41,630 bases of DNA from an uncultured Methanosarcinales archaeon (GTDB lineage Archaea > Halobacteriota > Methanosarcinia > Methanotrichales > Methanotrichaceae). The stretch lies in assembly GCA_963843555.1 (NCBI GenBank), contig CAWJKV010000013.1, forward strand, positions 1 to 41,630. The letters run 5' to 3'. How positions within the stretch are numbered: position 1 is the stretch's first letter; each line of letters opens with the position of its first letter. Positions 16,372-26,023 of the stretch are shown in pieces. A program made the position numbers and the translations under genes. Below the pieces are notes generated by a model. It was not told the DNA's origin and searched no databases. It saw nothing but the letters and a program-made list of their open reading frames with translations.

Positions 16372-19196
16372 GGAGCCTGTCCCGCATCCGAGGTCTGCTG
16401 CGATCCAGATACGTTGACGACAGCTCCCGAGAGGACGTATCCCTCGGGCACCCTCAATTCGTAGTTAGTGTCTCCCACAGACAGCTGGTAGCCGCTCATG
16501 GGTTTGGTATCGAATTGCGTGCCGCTGGGAATCGGACCTTCCGTCGAATAGGGAAGTACCAGAGTGAACTGGCCGCTGGCATCGCTGATGTTGGACTGCT
16601 GGTACAGGAAAGTCCGGTTTTGATTGGTCATGATAGGCACCGCAGCTATAACTTTGGTTCCCGCTGGTGCACTTCCCCTTATAACCGCGCCGGGGACGTT
16701 CTCGAAGATCTTAACATCCTTCTGACCGTCGCTGGTTACAGCTGTCTCTGACTCATGTATCAGCCTGAAGTGCTGCAAAGCCTCCAGTGGGAATGCTGCG
16801 CTGGTGGGGCTGGTGGAATAGATCTCGGCAAGATCCCCCTGGCTCCGGCTCTCGTTGACGAAGGCTTCCAGCTCGGTGCGATTCTTAGAGATCATGGGCG
16901 CCTTGGTGAGCACCGGAACCATCATTCCATCTCCCACATCCCTACCGCGGTACGCCAATCCCACCCCCTGATCCCCTGCCACCTCAGTGCCGTCGAAGAA
17001 GAACATGCGTGCCGTCATCGTCTTGAAGTAGGGTTCGCGATAGAGCATGGTCGGAACCAGCTGATCGCCTTGCGGCTGGTAGACAGATCCCATGTATTTC
17101 GTATAGGGAAGATTGCTCCATGCGGCCATGGCATGGAACTTGCCGGTGGCCATGGGCAGGTCAATCATTACATATTTTGTATTCATGTAACGCGACCTGT
17201 TCAGATCCAATTCGGCCAACACCTTTTCTGCCTGACTCTCATTCTCGGCCAGGAAGAAGGGCGAGGACCCGGGCACATTCGCTGTGACGCTGCCTATGCC
17301 TTGCTGGAAGGGATTGGCATTGGGAATTCTATGGCCCACGGTCTCAATAAGGTGGCCGTAATCCCACCATGACATGATGCCGTAAGCGGCATTCGGATAG
17401 ACGTACTGGCCTTCGACGGGTCGCTCGTATTTCGCATAGAGATCCATTCCAGGACTTGGTGTATTGTTCTGCAGCCATGCTGAAGATGTCAGCCAATCAG
17501 GATCAGGGCCGCTTGTACTATTGGCGTATACTATGCTCATGGTCAGACTGGGCCAAATAACAAGTACGAATATCAGGACTGCAGCCAGAACGATCTTGAG
17601 GTTTGAGCCGATCAGCTTTCCAGATTTCTTAAACTCTTCGAGACTCCACTCCATGTCCGTGATGCCGAACCTCTGCAGCACCCATATCCCCAGGAATGCA
17701 GTGAGAATCGCCACATTGACTCCGTAGTAATAGGTGAATCTATTCTGGGCGATGGCCATGACGAGAATGACCAGGGACCAGGTTAGGATCATTATTTCTG
17801 TGGGCTTTTGGTTCTTAAGATTTCGAATCAGGAGCAAAATCAGTGCCACAAAGGCAAAGGCGAAGGTGGTGAAGAGTATGGCGAGGCCATCAGGCAGAAC
17901 GAAGGATGTGGTGCCAAGACCGAAGAACCTGAGGCCAGGGAACCCGGTTAGGACACTGCCCAAACCATTGGAGAACAATGGTGCTGCCTCACCAACGGTG
18001 GCTGAGCCTCCCGTTTTCTGCTGGAATATGCTCAGCCCTGTGATGAGGGGCCTGGTGAACTGAGGGATGGCAAAGTAGAGTATCACTGTGCCAATTGCTG
18101 CAATTCCCACCATTGCTCCAGGATAGTAGTATCTATCGTAGCCTTTTTCTCTAATATATCCGGACATGATAGCGAAAATGATGACCGCCGCAACGCCAAG
18201 GAGAAGTATGGTGGGCTGGAAGAGACTGTAGAGATAATGGTTGAATCCGTTGTAAGGTTTTACAAAGGGGAGAACCAATAGTGTGGCCACAAAGAAAGTT
18301 ATGGCGCCGCTGATGCTTAAGTACTCTACATTCTTTCCTCTTAGATGATCAAAAATGCTCTGCAGGAAGATAAAGAGCAAAATCACGCCAACAAAGAGGA
18401 ATCCGGATGACCAGGCATCTATGTAAAGGCCGAGCGAAACCCCCGCCAGGGCACAGTATATGAGGGGATTCTTGAATTGGGACCAGTCCTTCTGCACTGA
18501 CCTGAAGGTCATTCTCTTCCCGGATCGCAGTGCCATAAGCAAGAACATCATAGTCAAGGTGCTGAACAGGATTTCTGCCCCGTGATGATCTGTGAATCCG
18601 AGGGTAGTGCGGCTGAAGATCTGACCGGGAAGCACGGCGATAATCAGCGCTGCGATAAAGCCGCAGCCTTTGCCGCCCAGCTCCCTTCCTATGAAGTAGA
18701 CAGGGAAGACCAGGAGCGCTCCCAAGACTGCCGGCATGAAAGCACCCACCGACTCAACGAGATGCATGCTGGGATTGCCTAAGCCTAAGATATTGGAGGA
18801 AAGGGCTATAGCCCAGCTTAGGAATGGGCCGAAGTGCAATGGCGTTCCATGGGGAAAGTTGGTCATGGGATCGAACCAGAGTCTCTGCCAGTTGATCACA
18901 ACGCCTTTGGCGAGCATCATGTGATACCAGGCATCGCTTTCACTGCTGAAGATGACTTTGCTGCCTGAAAAGACTTTATCCAGAGGAATAATGGCACGCA
19001 GATAGAATGATAAGAGTGCCACCAGTATCAATCCTGCATACAGATATAAGTCGCTATTCTGCCGGGTATCGGCATTGCCTTTGGCGTTGGCCTTTTTTTC
19101 CAGGGGGACCGATGGAGTAACCATCGGCTTGGACTTTTGATCTCCCGCCGAGGTTTTATTATCCACGTCTCCCTTATCCACAGATCTCTTAGACAT
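16368..19196 (-). CDS. aglB: Oligosaccharyltransferase (STT3 family)
   Basis: Multi-TM N-terminal half with ESDAWYH, DHH and TVGE, then WWDYGH and DLPMATGK motifs. Confidence 0.96.
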   Translation of the reverse strand: MSKRSVDKGDVDNKTSAGDQKSKPMVTPSVPLEKKANAKGNADTRQNSDLYLYAGLILVALLSFYLRAIIPLDKVFSGSKVIFSSESDAWYHMMLAKGVVINWQRLWFDPMTNFPHGTPLHFGPFLSWAIALSSNILGLGNPSMHLVESVGAFMPAVLGALLVFPVYFIGRELGGKGCGFIAALIIAVLPGQIFSRTTLGFTDHHGAEILFSTLTMMFLLMALRSGKRMTFRSVQKDWSQFKNPLIYCALAGVSLGLYIDAWSSGFLFVGVILLFIFLQSIFDHLRGKNVEYLSISGAITFFVATLLVLPFVKPYNGFNHYLYSLFQPTILLLGVAAVIIFAIMSGYIREKGYDRYYYPGAMVGIAAIGTVILYFAIPQFTRPLITGLSIFQQKTGGSATVGEAAPLFSNGLGSVLTGFPGLRFFGLGTTSFVLPDGLAILFTTFAFAFVALILLLIRNLKNQKPTEIMILTWSLVILVMAIAQNRFTYYYGVNVAILTAFLGIWVLQRFGITDMEWSLEEFKKSGKLIGSNLKIVLAAVLIFVLVIWPSLTMSIVYANSTSGPDPDWLTSSAWLQNNTPSPGMDLYAKYERPVEGQYVYPNAAYGIMSWWDYGHLIETVGHRIPNANPFQQGIGSVTANVPGSSPFFLAENESQAEKVLAELDLNRSRYMNTKYVMIDLPMATGKFHAMAAWSNLPYTKYMGSVYQPQGDQLVPTMLYREPYFKTMTARMFFFDGTEVAGDQGVGLAYRGRDVGDGMMVPVLTKAPMISKNRTELEAFVNESRSQGDLAEIYSTSPTSAAFPLEALQHFRLIHESETAVTSDGQKDVKIFENVPGAVIRGSAPAGTKVIAAVPIMTNQNRTFLYQQSNISDASGQFTLVLPYSTEGPIPSGTQFDTKPMSGYQLSVGDTNYELRVPEGYVLSGAVVNVSGSQQTSDAGQAP

Positions 19197-19339
19197 CAAC
19201 GGGAAGAAACAGTTCTATCCTCATAAACGTTTTGAATCGTCAAAGGCACGAGAGTCCAAGGAGGGACAAAAGCGTTGGATTTCTCGGGCGATCTCTCCCC
19301 TGGCCTCCATCGTGAAATTTGAAGGGGGAAGAAAAAGAA

Positions 19340-19413
19340 TGGGCCCGACGCGATTCGAACGCGTGACCTCACGGTTATCAGCCGTGCGCTCAACCTGGCT
19401 AAGCTACGGGCCC
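19340..19413 (-). tRNA. tRNA-Ile(GAT)
   Basis: GGGCCCG/CGGGCCC acceptor stem, CACGG-CTGATAA-CCGTG anticodon arm, ACGCG-TTCGAAT-CGCGT T arm and A73. Confidence 0.97.
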
Positions 19414-19604
19414 GGTCCGCACTTTGCATTGATGATCCCATTAATAACTGTTTCCCTAAAGCCACTCCAGAACAGAGTCCCTGGCACAAACATGTGCATA
19501 CCTCCTGGCCTGCACTCCCACAGGCCGACTTCAGCCGGATGAATCATTTATTGATGCCCGGGCTCTTCGACAACCTTAAATCAGTGCACTAAGGATTAAT
19601 CACC

Positions 19605-20018
19605 GTGATGCTTATGGACTCTTTTGAGAATGAAAATAAAGAAACTACAGAAAACAAAGAAAATAAAGAAGATTTGACAGGTCTTTACGACCTGGCGATT
19701 CCCCTGAGCATGCCCGTCTCCGTCATCCGCGAGCTGGTGGAGAAATTCGAACTGGACGCTCTCCTGCGGCCGGGCAAGATGGAGATGACAGGCGAAGTGA
19801 TGGACAGAGAAATTTTGGTGCTGAGGGGCGACCTGGAGACTGTCAAGGCCGCCGAGAAGTACATGTTCGAGGCCCTGGACAAAAAAATTGAAGAATGGGG
19901 CAAGAAAGATAAAGAAGAGAAATATAGAGAGTTCTATGAGGAGCAGGCTCGCTTGAGGATGAAGGAGCTGAAGGAGAACCCAGAGTCAGCCTGTAACTGG
20001 GACACGACAGCAGTGTAG
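19605..20018 (+). CDS. Hypothetical protein (about 135 aa, charged)
   Basis: Coding-like composition with a globular core (LYDLAIP...LVLRGDLETVKAAEKYM). Start uncertain (19605, 19608 or 19614). Confidence 0.8.
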   Translation: MMLMDSFENENKETTENKENKEDLTGLYDLAIPLSMPVSVIRELVEKFELDALLRPGKMEMTGEVMDREILVLRGDLETVKAAEKYMFEALDKKIEEWGKKDKEEKYREFYEEQARLRMKELKENPESACNWDTTAV

Positions 20019-20019
20019 A

Positions 20020-20367
20020 TCAATCAACCATCACCCATTTGTTCTTTCCCTCCCAGAGCTTCAAGGAGAACAGCCTGACCGATGTCGTCTCCAGCTCTTT
20101 TTTCAGCTTCTCCGAGATCCATTGGGCGATAATTTCCGCTGTGGGATTGGGCAGAATCTCATTTAAGCAGTTGTGATCCAGATCCTGTAAAACCCCTCCC
20201 AGGATCTCTTTGAGCTTATAGAAATCTATGACGAAGCCGTCCTCGCCCTCATTCCCAACGACTACCATCTCCACCTGGTAGGTGTGTCCGTGCAGTTTGG
20301 CGCACTTGCCTTGGTAACCGGGCAGGCTATGAGCAGCGTCGAACTCTGCTATCATTCCGAGCTTCAT
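20020..20367 (-). CDS. queD: 6-carboxy-5,6,7,8-tetrahydropterin synthase
   Basis: FDAAHSL...CAKLHGHTY...LDH...NPTAE...LWE motifs. Confidence 0.93.
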   Translation of the reverse strand: MKLGMIAEFDAAHSLPGYQGKCAKLHGHTYQVEMVVVGNEGEDGFVIDFYKLKEILGGVLQDLDHNCLNEILPNPTAEIIAQWISEKLKKELETTSVRLFSLKLWEGKNKWVMVD

Positions 20368-20437
20368 TCCTGGGGAGAATACTTTTGACTTATTAATAGC
20401 TTTTTATGCACACGGATCTTTGGTCGGCATTATGGGA

Positions 20438-21250
20438 TTAGTCAGTTTTATCTGCGCCTTCCATGGCTGAGGCCGGCAAACCAGCCAGGATCCGCAAACC
20501 TTCCGCCTCCATGAAATGGAGCTTTGCAGGGACTATCAATATATGCAAGGGCCCGCCGAAATCATAGCCGGGCAGGCGAGGCAGGAGATCTGCTCTCACA
20601 GTGGAATCAAAAGATCCTGCCCGGGCGATGCCGATGCCTAAAATGCCCTCCAGGATTTTTTCGCCAGCTTCTGCCTGCATCTCCATGAGTAGAGTTGCGC
20701 CTTCATTTACGGTCATATATCGCTCAACGGGTTTGCTTTGAATATCCAGGAAGAGCATGGTATGTAAATTTCTGCCCAGGTTCTCCAATAAGACCTGAAA
20801 TGGCGTCTCTGGGATGATGCGCTTGCCTCTGGAGATATAGGGAAAGGGAATGGTAGTAGATCTGCCGAAACGGTAGTTCTGCAGGCCGCATAGGCCGGAT
20901 ACAGCAGTGACAATGGAGCTGGAATGAATCACCCGGGTATCGATGCCCATCTCGGCGGCTCGAAGCCGCAAGTCCAGATGGGTGGTGGAGACCATGGCAT
21001 CGCCCCCCACCAGGAACGCCACATCATTCTTCCGGGCTTCTTCCAGCCAGTCGGGATCGACCTCCACCTCTTCGCGAGAGAGGAGACGGACACTCTTGCC
21101 GTACAATGCCTCCAGCTTCTCTGGAGAGGTGCCCATCAGCCGGGAGGTGTAAAACTCTGCATAAACTGTGTCGGCCGCTCGGACTGCCTCCAGGCCTTTG
21201 ACGGAGATATCTCCCTCGTCGTAAAGCCCAAGACCAATGAAGTAGAGCAT
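20438..21250 (-). CDS. dph5: Diphthine synthase
   Basis: [12 protein letters not shown]...EFYTS...GDAMVSTTH...YRFGRSTTI...LHTMLFLDI. The true start is Met89 of the tracked ORF. Confidence 0.95.
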   Translation of the reverse strand: MLYFIGLGLYDEGDISVKGLEAVRAADTVYAEFYTSRLMGTSPEKLEALYGKSVRLLSREEVEVDPDWLEEARKNDVAFLVGGDAMVSTTHLDLRLRAAEMGIDTRVIHSSSIVTAVSGLCGLQNYRFGRSTTIPFPYISRGKRIIPETPFQVLLENLGRNLHTMLFLDIQSKPVERYMTVNEGATLLMEMQAEAGEKILEGILGIGIARAGSFDSTVRADLLPRLPGYDFGGPLHILIVPAKLHFMEAEGLRILAGLPASAMEGADKTD

Positions 21251-21370
21251 GGTTTTTGCTATCTTTACAAGTTTAAAAAGCTCTCTCATCCCAAAACCGT
21301 TTATAGGTCTGATTCTCGTGCGGCCGGACTTTTCGGTAGGTCTATATCCCATCCCCGCTGAAAAAGGAGC

Positions 21371-22030
21371 ATGATCGGCAGGACAACTCAAGTGGTCGAT
21401 TGCCGGGAGAGCATGGGACTGGCCAAGGGTGGCGGACTCGCACAAAGGGGTACTCTCTCCGAGGCAACAACGCCGGATGTGATCGCCATAGCCATGTCTC
21501 CTGGTCGGCGTCACATAACCAAACCGGTCTGCGAGATGACCTATGGACTGCGTCGGGAAGGAATCCAGACCAGCGTGCTGGTTTTAGAGGCTGGAACGGG
21601 CGTTCCGGAGAGCTTTCCCCAGGGTTCGCGAGGCTACGGCCCAACCTTCGGCCTGTCCGAAAAGGAGATCGAACAGGTAGCACGCCACAAGATTGCTGTT
21701 CTCCATCTTGGGAATGTGCGCTCTCATGTCATCCACAAAGCCAAAGAGGTGCTGGCGCAGGTGGACCTTCCTGTAGTGGTGGTGGCCCAGTGTCCCATGG
21801 ATATGGAGGACTTCGCCAGGGAAGGCGTCAAGACCAGTACCGTCAAGCCGCCCCGGCAGAAGATCGAGACCAAAGGCGAGGTAGTGGATATTGTCACGGG
21901 CATAACCAGAGGGGCGACCTGCACCCGGGTCAAGCTCAACAATCTGGCCAAGGTTTTAAACAAGCATCTGGCGCGGATCAATGCTCTCGAGGCTCTGGAG
22001 GCAGAAGCGGCCAAGAAAGAGAAGAAATAA
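21371..22030 (+). CDS. mcrC: Methyl-coenzyme M reductase operon protein C
   Basis: [28 protein letters not shown]...[15 protein letters not shown]...HLGNV. AGGAG RBS. Confidence 0.93.
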   Translation: MIGRTTQVVDCRESMGLAKGGGLAQRGTLSEATTPDVIAIAMSPGRRHITKPVCEMTYGLRREGIQTSVLVLEAGTGVPESFPQGSRGYGPTFGLSEKEIEQVARHKIAVLHLGNVRSHVIHKAKEVLAQVDLPVVVVAQCPMDMEDFAREGVKTSTVKPPRQKIETKGEVVDIVTGITRGATCTRVKLNNLAKVLNKHLARINALEALEAEAAKKEKK

Positions 22031-22062
22031 ATTAATACCATTTTTCCAGAAGGACATTGTTG

Positions 22063-23274
22063 ATGAAGTTCGTGGTGATTTTGGGCGACGGGATGGCAGA
22101 CCTGCCGCTGGCAGCTTTGCAGGGCAAGACCCCCTTGCAATGGGCGAACAAGCCCAATATGGACAGGATCGCGAGGTTGGGCAGAAACGGGCTGGCATTG
22201 ACGGTCCCGGAAGGATTTCCGCCGGGAAGCGATGTGGCCAACCTCTCTGTTGCGGGCTACGAGCCCCAAAAGTACTACACCGGTCGGGCGCCTCTGGAGG
22301 CTGCAGCCATGGGCGTGCTCCTTGCAGAGGGCGACACTGCTTTTCGCTGCAACTTCGTCACAATAGAAAACGGCATCATGGTGGACTACAGCGCCGGGCA
22401 CATCACCAGCGAGGAGGGCCGCGAGCTGATCGATGCTCTTAAGCCTTCGATGCCGGGGCACAGGCTTTATGCGGGAGTAAGCTACCGCAACCTCCTCGTC
22501 TTGAAGGCAGGGGCCAGGGCCGTCTGCACGCCGCCGCACGACATCAGCGATCAGCCCGTCCAGAGCCATCTGCCTCGCGGCGAGGAGGCAATGCTACTCC
22601 TGGAGCTTATGGATGCTGCACAGCCTATTTTAGCCCGCCACCCTGTGAATCTGAAGCGCGTGGCTGCTGGAAGGAATCCTGCCAATGCCATATGGCTCTG
22701 GGGACAGGGCCCAGCTCCAGCTATGCCCAGCTTCCCGGAACTGTATGGCCTGAAGGGCGCCATGATCTCAGCCGTGGACCTGCTAAAGGGCATCGGCGTC
22801 TATGCCGGGCTGGAGGTCATCAATGTTCCCGGTGCTACTGGAACCCTCGACACCAACTATGAAGGAAAGGTGCAGGCGGCACTGGAGGCATTGCGCCGTC
22901 TCGATTTCGTCTATCTGCACATCGAGGCTCCGGACGAGGCCGGTCATGAGGGCGACCTGGATCAGAAGGTCAGGGCCATTGAGCTCTTTGACCGGTTAGC
23001 AGTCGGCCCACTGATCGAGGGCCTGGAGAGCGTCGGCGATGACTGGCGCGTGCTTCTCATGCCCGACCACGCTACGCCCATATCCATCAAGACGCACAGC
23101 AGCGATCCTGTGCCCTTCGCGATCATGGGAACTGGAATTGAACCGGACAATGTGCAGGCATTTGACGAGCAGTCAGCGAAGCTGGGCGGATACGGGCAAG
23201 TGCAGGCGACGGCGCTGGTGGGGATGATGGCAAAAGGGCGGTCAATTGGCCATGATAGAGTCGCTTATCAATAA
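22063..23274 (+). CDS. apgM: Cofactor-independent phosphoglycerate mutase (archaeal type)
   Basis: GDGMAD, PGSDVANL, HIEAPDEAGH, DHATP and HSSDPVP metal-binding motifs. Confidence 0.93.
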   Translation: MKFVVILGDGMADLPLAALQGKTPLQWANKPNMDRIARLGRNGLALTVPEGFPPGSDVANLSVAGYEPQKYYTGRAPLEAAAMGVLLAEGDTAFRCNFVTIENGIMVDYSAGHITSEEGRELIDALKPSMPGHRLYAGVSYRNLLVLKAGARAVCTPPHDISDQPVQSHLPRGEEAMLLLELMDAAQPILARHPVNLKRVAAGRNPANAIWLWGQGPAPAMPSFPELYGLKGAMISAVDLLKGIGVYAGLEVINVPGATGTLDTNYEGKVQAALEALRRLDFVYLHIEAPDEAGHEGDLDQKVRAIELFDRLAVGPLIEGLESVGDDWRVLLMPDHATPISIKTHSSDPVPFAIMGTGIEPDNVQAFDEQSAKLGGYGQVQATALVGMMAKGRSIGHDRVAYQ

Positions 23275-23332
23275 TCGGAAATGGAATTTTTGAATGTGTT
23301 ATTGATATCGTTTATCATGGCCGTATCGCTCT

Positions 23333-24214
23333 TTAGCTGTTCAGGGCTGGTGCGGGAAGGTTAAATAGCACATCTCCGCCCCCTGACCCAATGGGTACAT
23401 ACAGGACATTGGGATTGGTTTTTATTCCCTGGACAAATTCCCAGGAAACCAGTGTTGGCGTAACCGATTCTCCCTTGATGCGGTTTGCCTCAGCAATACC
23501 CTTTGCCTCAATTACCAGTCTCTTGGCTTCCTGCTCAGATTGCTGGATGGTAAACTGCATCTGTTGAGCTTGTTGCTGCTTTTGCTGTTTGGTTGTAATG
23601 GCCTCCTGAAGCTCCGGCGGCAGGAAGATCCCCCTTAGCCAGACTCTTTCAATGATGATGCCAGTTTTATCAAGCTCTTGCTTGAGTTGATTTTCGACAT
23701 CCGCTTGAATTTCAGTCGACTTGTTTGTGTATATGTCTTCAGCAGTGTATTTTTTGATTTCAGCCCGCAATAGGCCCATGAAAGAGGGTGTCAATTTTGT
23801 GTCGACATAGTCTCCTCTTACAGTTCTATATATCTCAGGAGCTTTAGTCGGATCAAGATGCCAGAGAACGCTACTATCAAGGCTTACTTCGAGACCCTCA
23901 CTCGTCAGCGTCCCAGTTACTTCTTTGTATTCTCTTTGCTGGGTTTGAGTATTCATCTCGTGGACGCCGGTTAATGGATCCTTAAAATTGAATCCAGGGC
24001 TCAACACGGTATCTGAAACAACTCCGAAACGGTCCAGTACTCCGACGTGACCGGCTGGAATTACAGCTATAAAGCTTCCACCCACCAGCCCAAGCAGTAT
24101 CAGAGATATGATTGCAATCGCGAGGAATGCCTTTAATCCAAAAGAAAAATTTGGAGGTTTAGGCATCTTCTGCTTTATTTTCTCTCTTAATATATCGCTA
24201 TCTAATCCACTCAT
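23333..24214 (-). CDS. SPFH/prohibitin (band 7) family membrane protein
   Basis: Single TM, IPAGHVGV..FG...PG, and Gln-rich coiled coil with EAKGIAEAN. Confidence 0.9.
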   Translation of the reverse strand: MSGLDSDILREKIKQKMPKPPNFSFGLKAFLAIAIISLILLGLVGGSFIAVIPAGHVGVLDRFGVVSDTVLSPGFNFKDPLTGVHEMNTQTQQREYKEVTGTLTSEGLEVSLDSSVLWHLDPTKAPEIYRTVRGDYVDTKLTPSFMGLLRAEIKKYTAEDIYTNKSTEIQADVENQLKQELDKTGIIIERVWLRGIFLPPELQEAITTKQQKQQQAQQMQFTIQQSEQEAKRLVIEAKGIAEANRIKGESVTPTLVSWEFVQGIKTNPNVLYVPIGSGGGDVLFNLPAPALNS

Positions 24215-24388
24215 CTATTTCTCCTGGCTTTATGAGAATGTCCAGGAATTTAGCTCTTTCGTGGTTCCAATTCGCAATCAATTTGATAATCAGTTCAACA
24301 ATAAGAGTGAAAAGGGAGCAGTGTTCTGCGGGAAACGAGCTTCAAGGCATTCTGAGGATAGCGAAAAGCGGCGTCCCATTTTCTATGC

Positions 24389-25153
24389 TCACATCTCAAA
24401 ATCCTTTTCACCTACAATCTCCTTCATCAGCTCCTCCGCCTTCTCCATCTGCTCCGGACTGCCCTGCAGGGCCAGCCAGACCGCTCCTTCTGCGCCGCCA
24501 ATCCCGCCCGCGGCCATCATCTCCGCCTCAGCTCCGCAAAGAAGCCTTATGGCATCGATCTCTGTGAAGACCTCTCCCGGCACGGGCAGGAGGCGCGGGC
24601 CCTTGCCGCCCGGCGCATTCAGACGGACGGCCAGCTCCATCAGATCGCCCGGAATGCGCTTTTCCAGGCCCACAGGCAGGATGAGCCGCACCCTGCGGCC
24701 CACAGCCGCCTGCAGAGCCGCAATTGTTGTGCCCCCACGCGGGTGACCAATGAGCACAGCTGCCTGATGGCGGACGGGATCCAGGGCATTGGCCCCCTTG
24801 AGGATAACATCGCCCTCTTTCAAGCCGTCTGCAACATCGAAGATGGTCATACCCTTATGCCAGATCCCTTTCGCTATTACCACATCGCCGGGAAAATGGC
24901 TCTCGTCCTGCAGCCTTCCCTCCTCGGTGGTCCTTCCCGGCGGCAGGATGATGCCGCGAAAGAACCGCTTTTTGGAGAAATCCTCTTCCTGGCCCAGAGT
25001 CTTCAAGATCTCCTCAGCGACGTAGCCATTGGTGGTGCCGGCGATGATAACCAGGGTGGCAGACCTCAGGGCCGCCTGGACGGCCGGGTGGACTGCCAGG
25101 GCAAGGCCAATCAGGCGCTTTGCAGCGGCTGGAGTGATTACGAACTGCATCAT
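24389..25153 (-). CDS. Conserved hypothetical protein (possibly NagB/RpiA/CoA-transferase-like fold)
   Basis: Start at [16 protein letters not shown] (Met96 of the tracked ORF). Motifs [28 protein letters not shown] and [10 protein letters not shown]. The fold is inference. Confidence 0.8.
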   Translation of the reverse strand: MMQFVITPAAAKRLIGLALAVHPAVQAALRSATLVIIAGTTNGYVAEEILKTLGQEEDFSKKRFFRGIILPPGRTTEEGRLQDESHFPGDVVIAKGIWHKGMTIFDVADGLKEGDVILKGANALDPVRHQAAVLIGHPRGGTTIAALQAAVGRRVRLILPVGLEKRIPGDLMELAVRLNAPGGKGPRLLPVPGEVFTEIDAIRLLCGAEAEMMAAGGIGGAEGAVWLALQGSPEQMEKAEELMKEIVGEKDFEM

Positions 25154-25199
25154 AGCACTAGCGAAGATTTTTTGATGAAGATAAATCCAATGGTGAAAT

Positions 25200-25910
25200 A
25201 TGGAAAGAGATGTCCTGGAGGCAGTGAGGCAAGAGCTGTTAGAGAACGTGGATGAGAAGACCCGGGAGAGCGCCAAACGCTTCTTCAAAGAGGAGGTCAG
25301 GTTCCACGGCGTGAAAAGCGACCAGGTCAAGAAGATCGCCGCCACATATTTCCAGAAAATAAAAGACCGAGATAAAAAAGAGATCTTCTCTCTGTGCGAA
25401 GACCTCCTGCAGTCCGGGTACGGCGAGGAGGCCTTCATCGCCTTCGAATGGGCCTACTCGCTGCGGCGCAGGTACGAGAGAGAGGACTTCCTGGTATTCG
25501 AGAGATGGGTGGATCAGTATGTGGACAACTGGGCCAAGTGCGACACCCTCTGCAACCACACCATTGGAAGCTTTGTGGAGATGTATCCCGAATTTGTCGA
25601 GCGCCTGGCGGTCTGGGCCCGGTCGGAGAACCGATGGCTACGGCGCGCCTCGGCAGTGACGCTCATCCTTCCCGCCCGGAAGGGTGATTTCCTGAAGGAG
25701 GTCTTTGAGATCGCGGACATTTTGCTGGAAGACCGGGATGACATGGTGCAAAAGGGCTACGGCTGGATGCTGAAAGAGGCGAGCAAGAAGCACCAGGCGG
25801 AGGTCTTCGACTATGTGATGAGCAAAAAGGCCAGGATGCCAAGAACGGCGCTGCGCTACGCTATTGAGAAGATGCCGGCGGAGATGCGGAGAATGGCGAT
25901 GGAAAAGTAA
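25200..25910 (+). CDS. DNA alkylation repair protein (AlkD-like HEAT-repeat family)
   Basis: [35 protein letters not shown] and [11 protein letters not shown] motifs. Confidence 0.92.
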   Translation: MERDVLEAVRQELLENVDEKTRESAKRFFKEEVRFHGVKSDQVKKIAATYFQKIKDRDKKEIFSLCEDLLQSGYGEEAFIAFEWAYSLRRRYEREDFLVFERWVDQYVDNWAKCDTLCNHTIGSFVEMYPEFVERLAVWARSENRWLRRASAVTLILPARKGDFLKEVFEIADILLEDRDDMVQKGYGWMLKEASKKHQAEVFDYVMSKKARMPRTALRYAIEKMPAEMRRMAMEK

Positions 25911-26023
25911 GTTGGCACTTCATTCACAGCCAGATTTCTGTTTGGAGGCAAACGACCGCGGCGCACCCCGCAGCGATCTGCTGGGTATTCGAATAAAATC
26001 GTCCATGCCGGCCAAAGATCCCT

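Noticed and set aside
21251..21514. N-terminal extensions of tracked ORFs for dph5 (also 25154-25438, 30877-31104, 15362-15433)
   Set aside because: Homology starts at downstream Met codons; the extensions overlap divergent genes or leader/promoter DNA.
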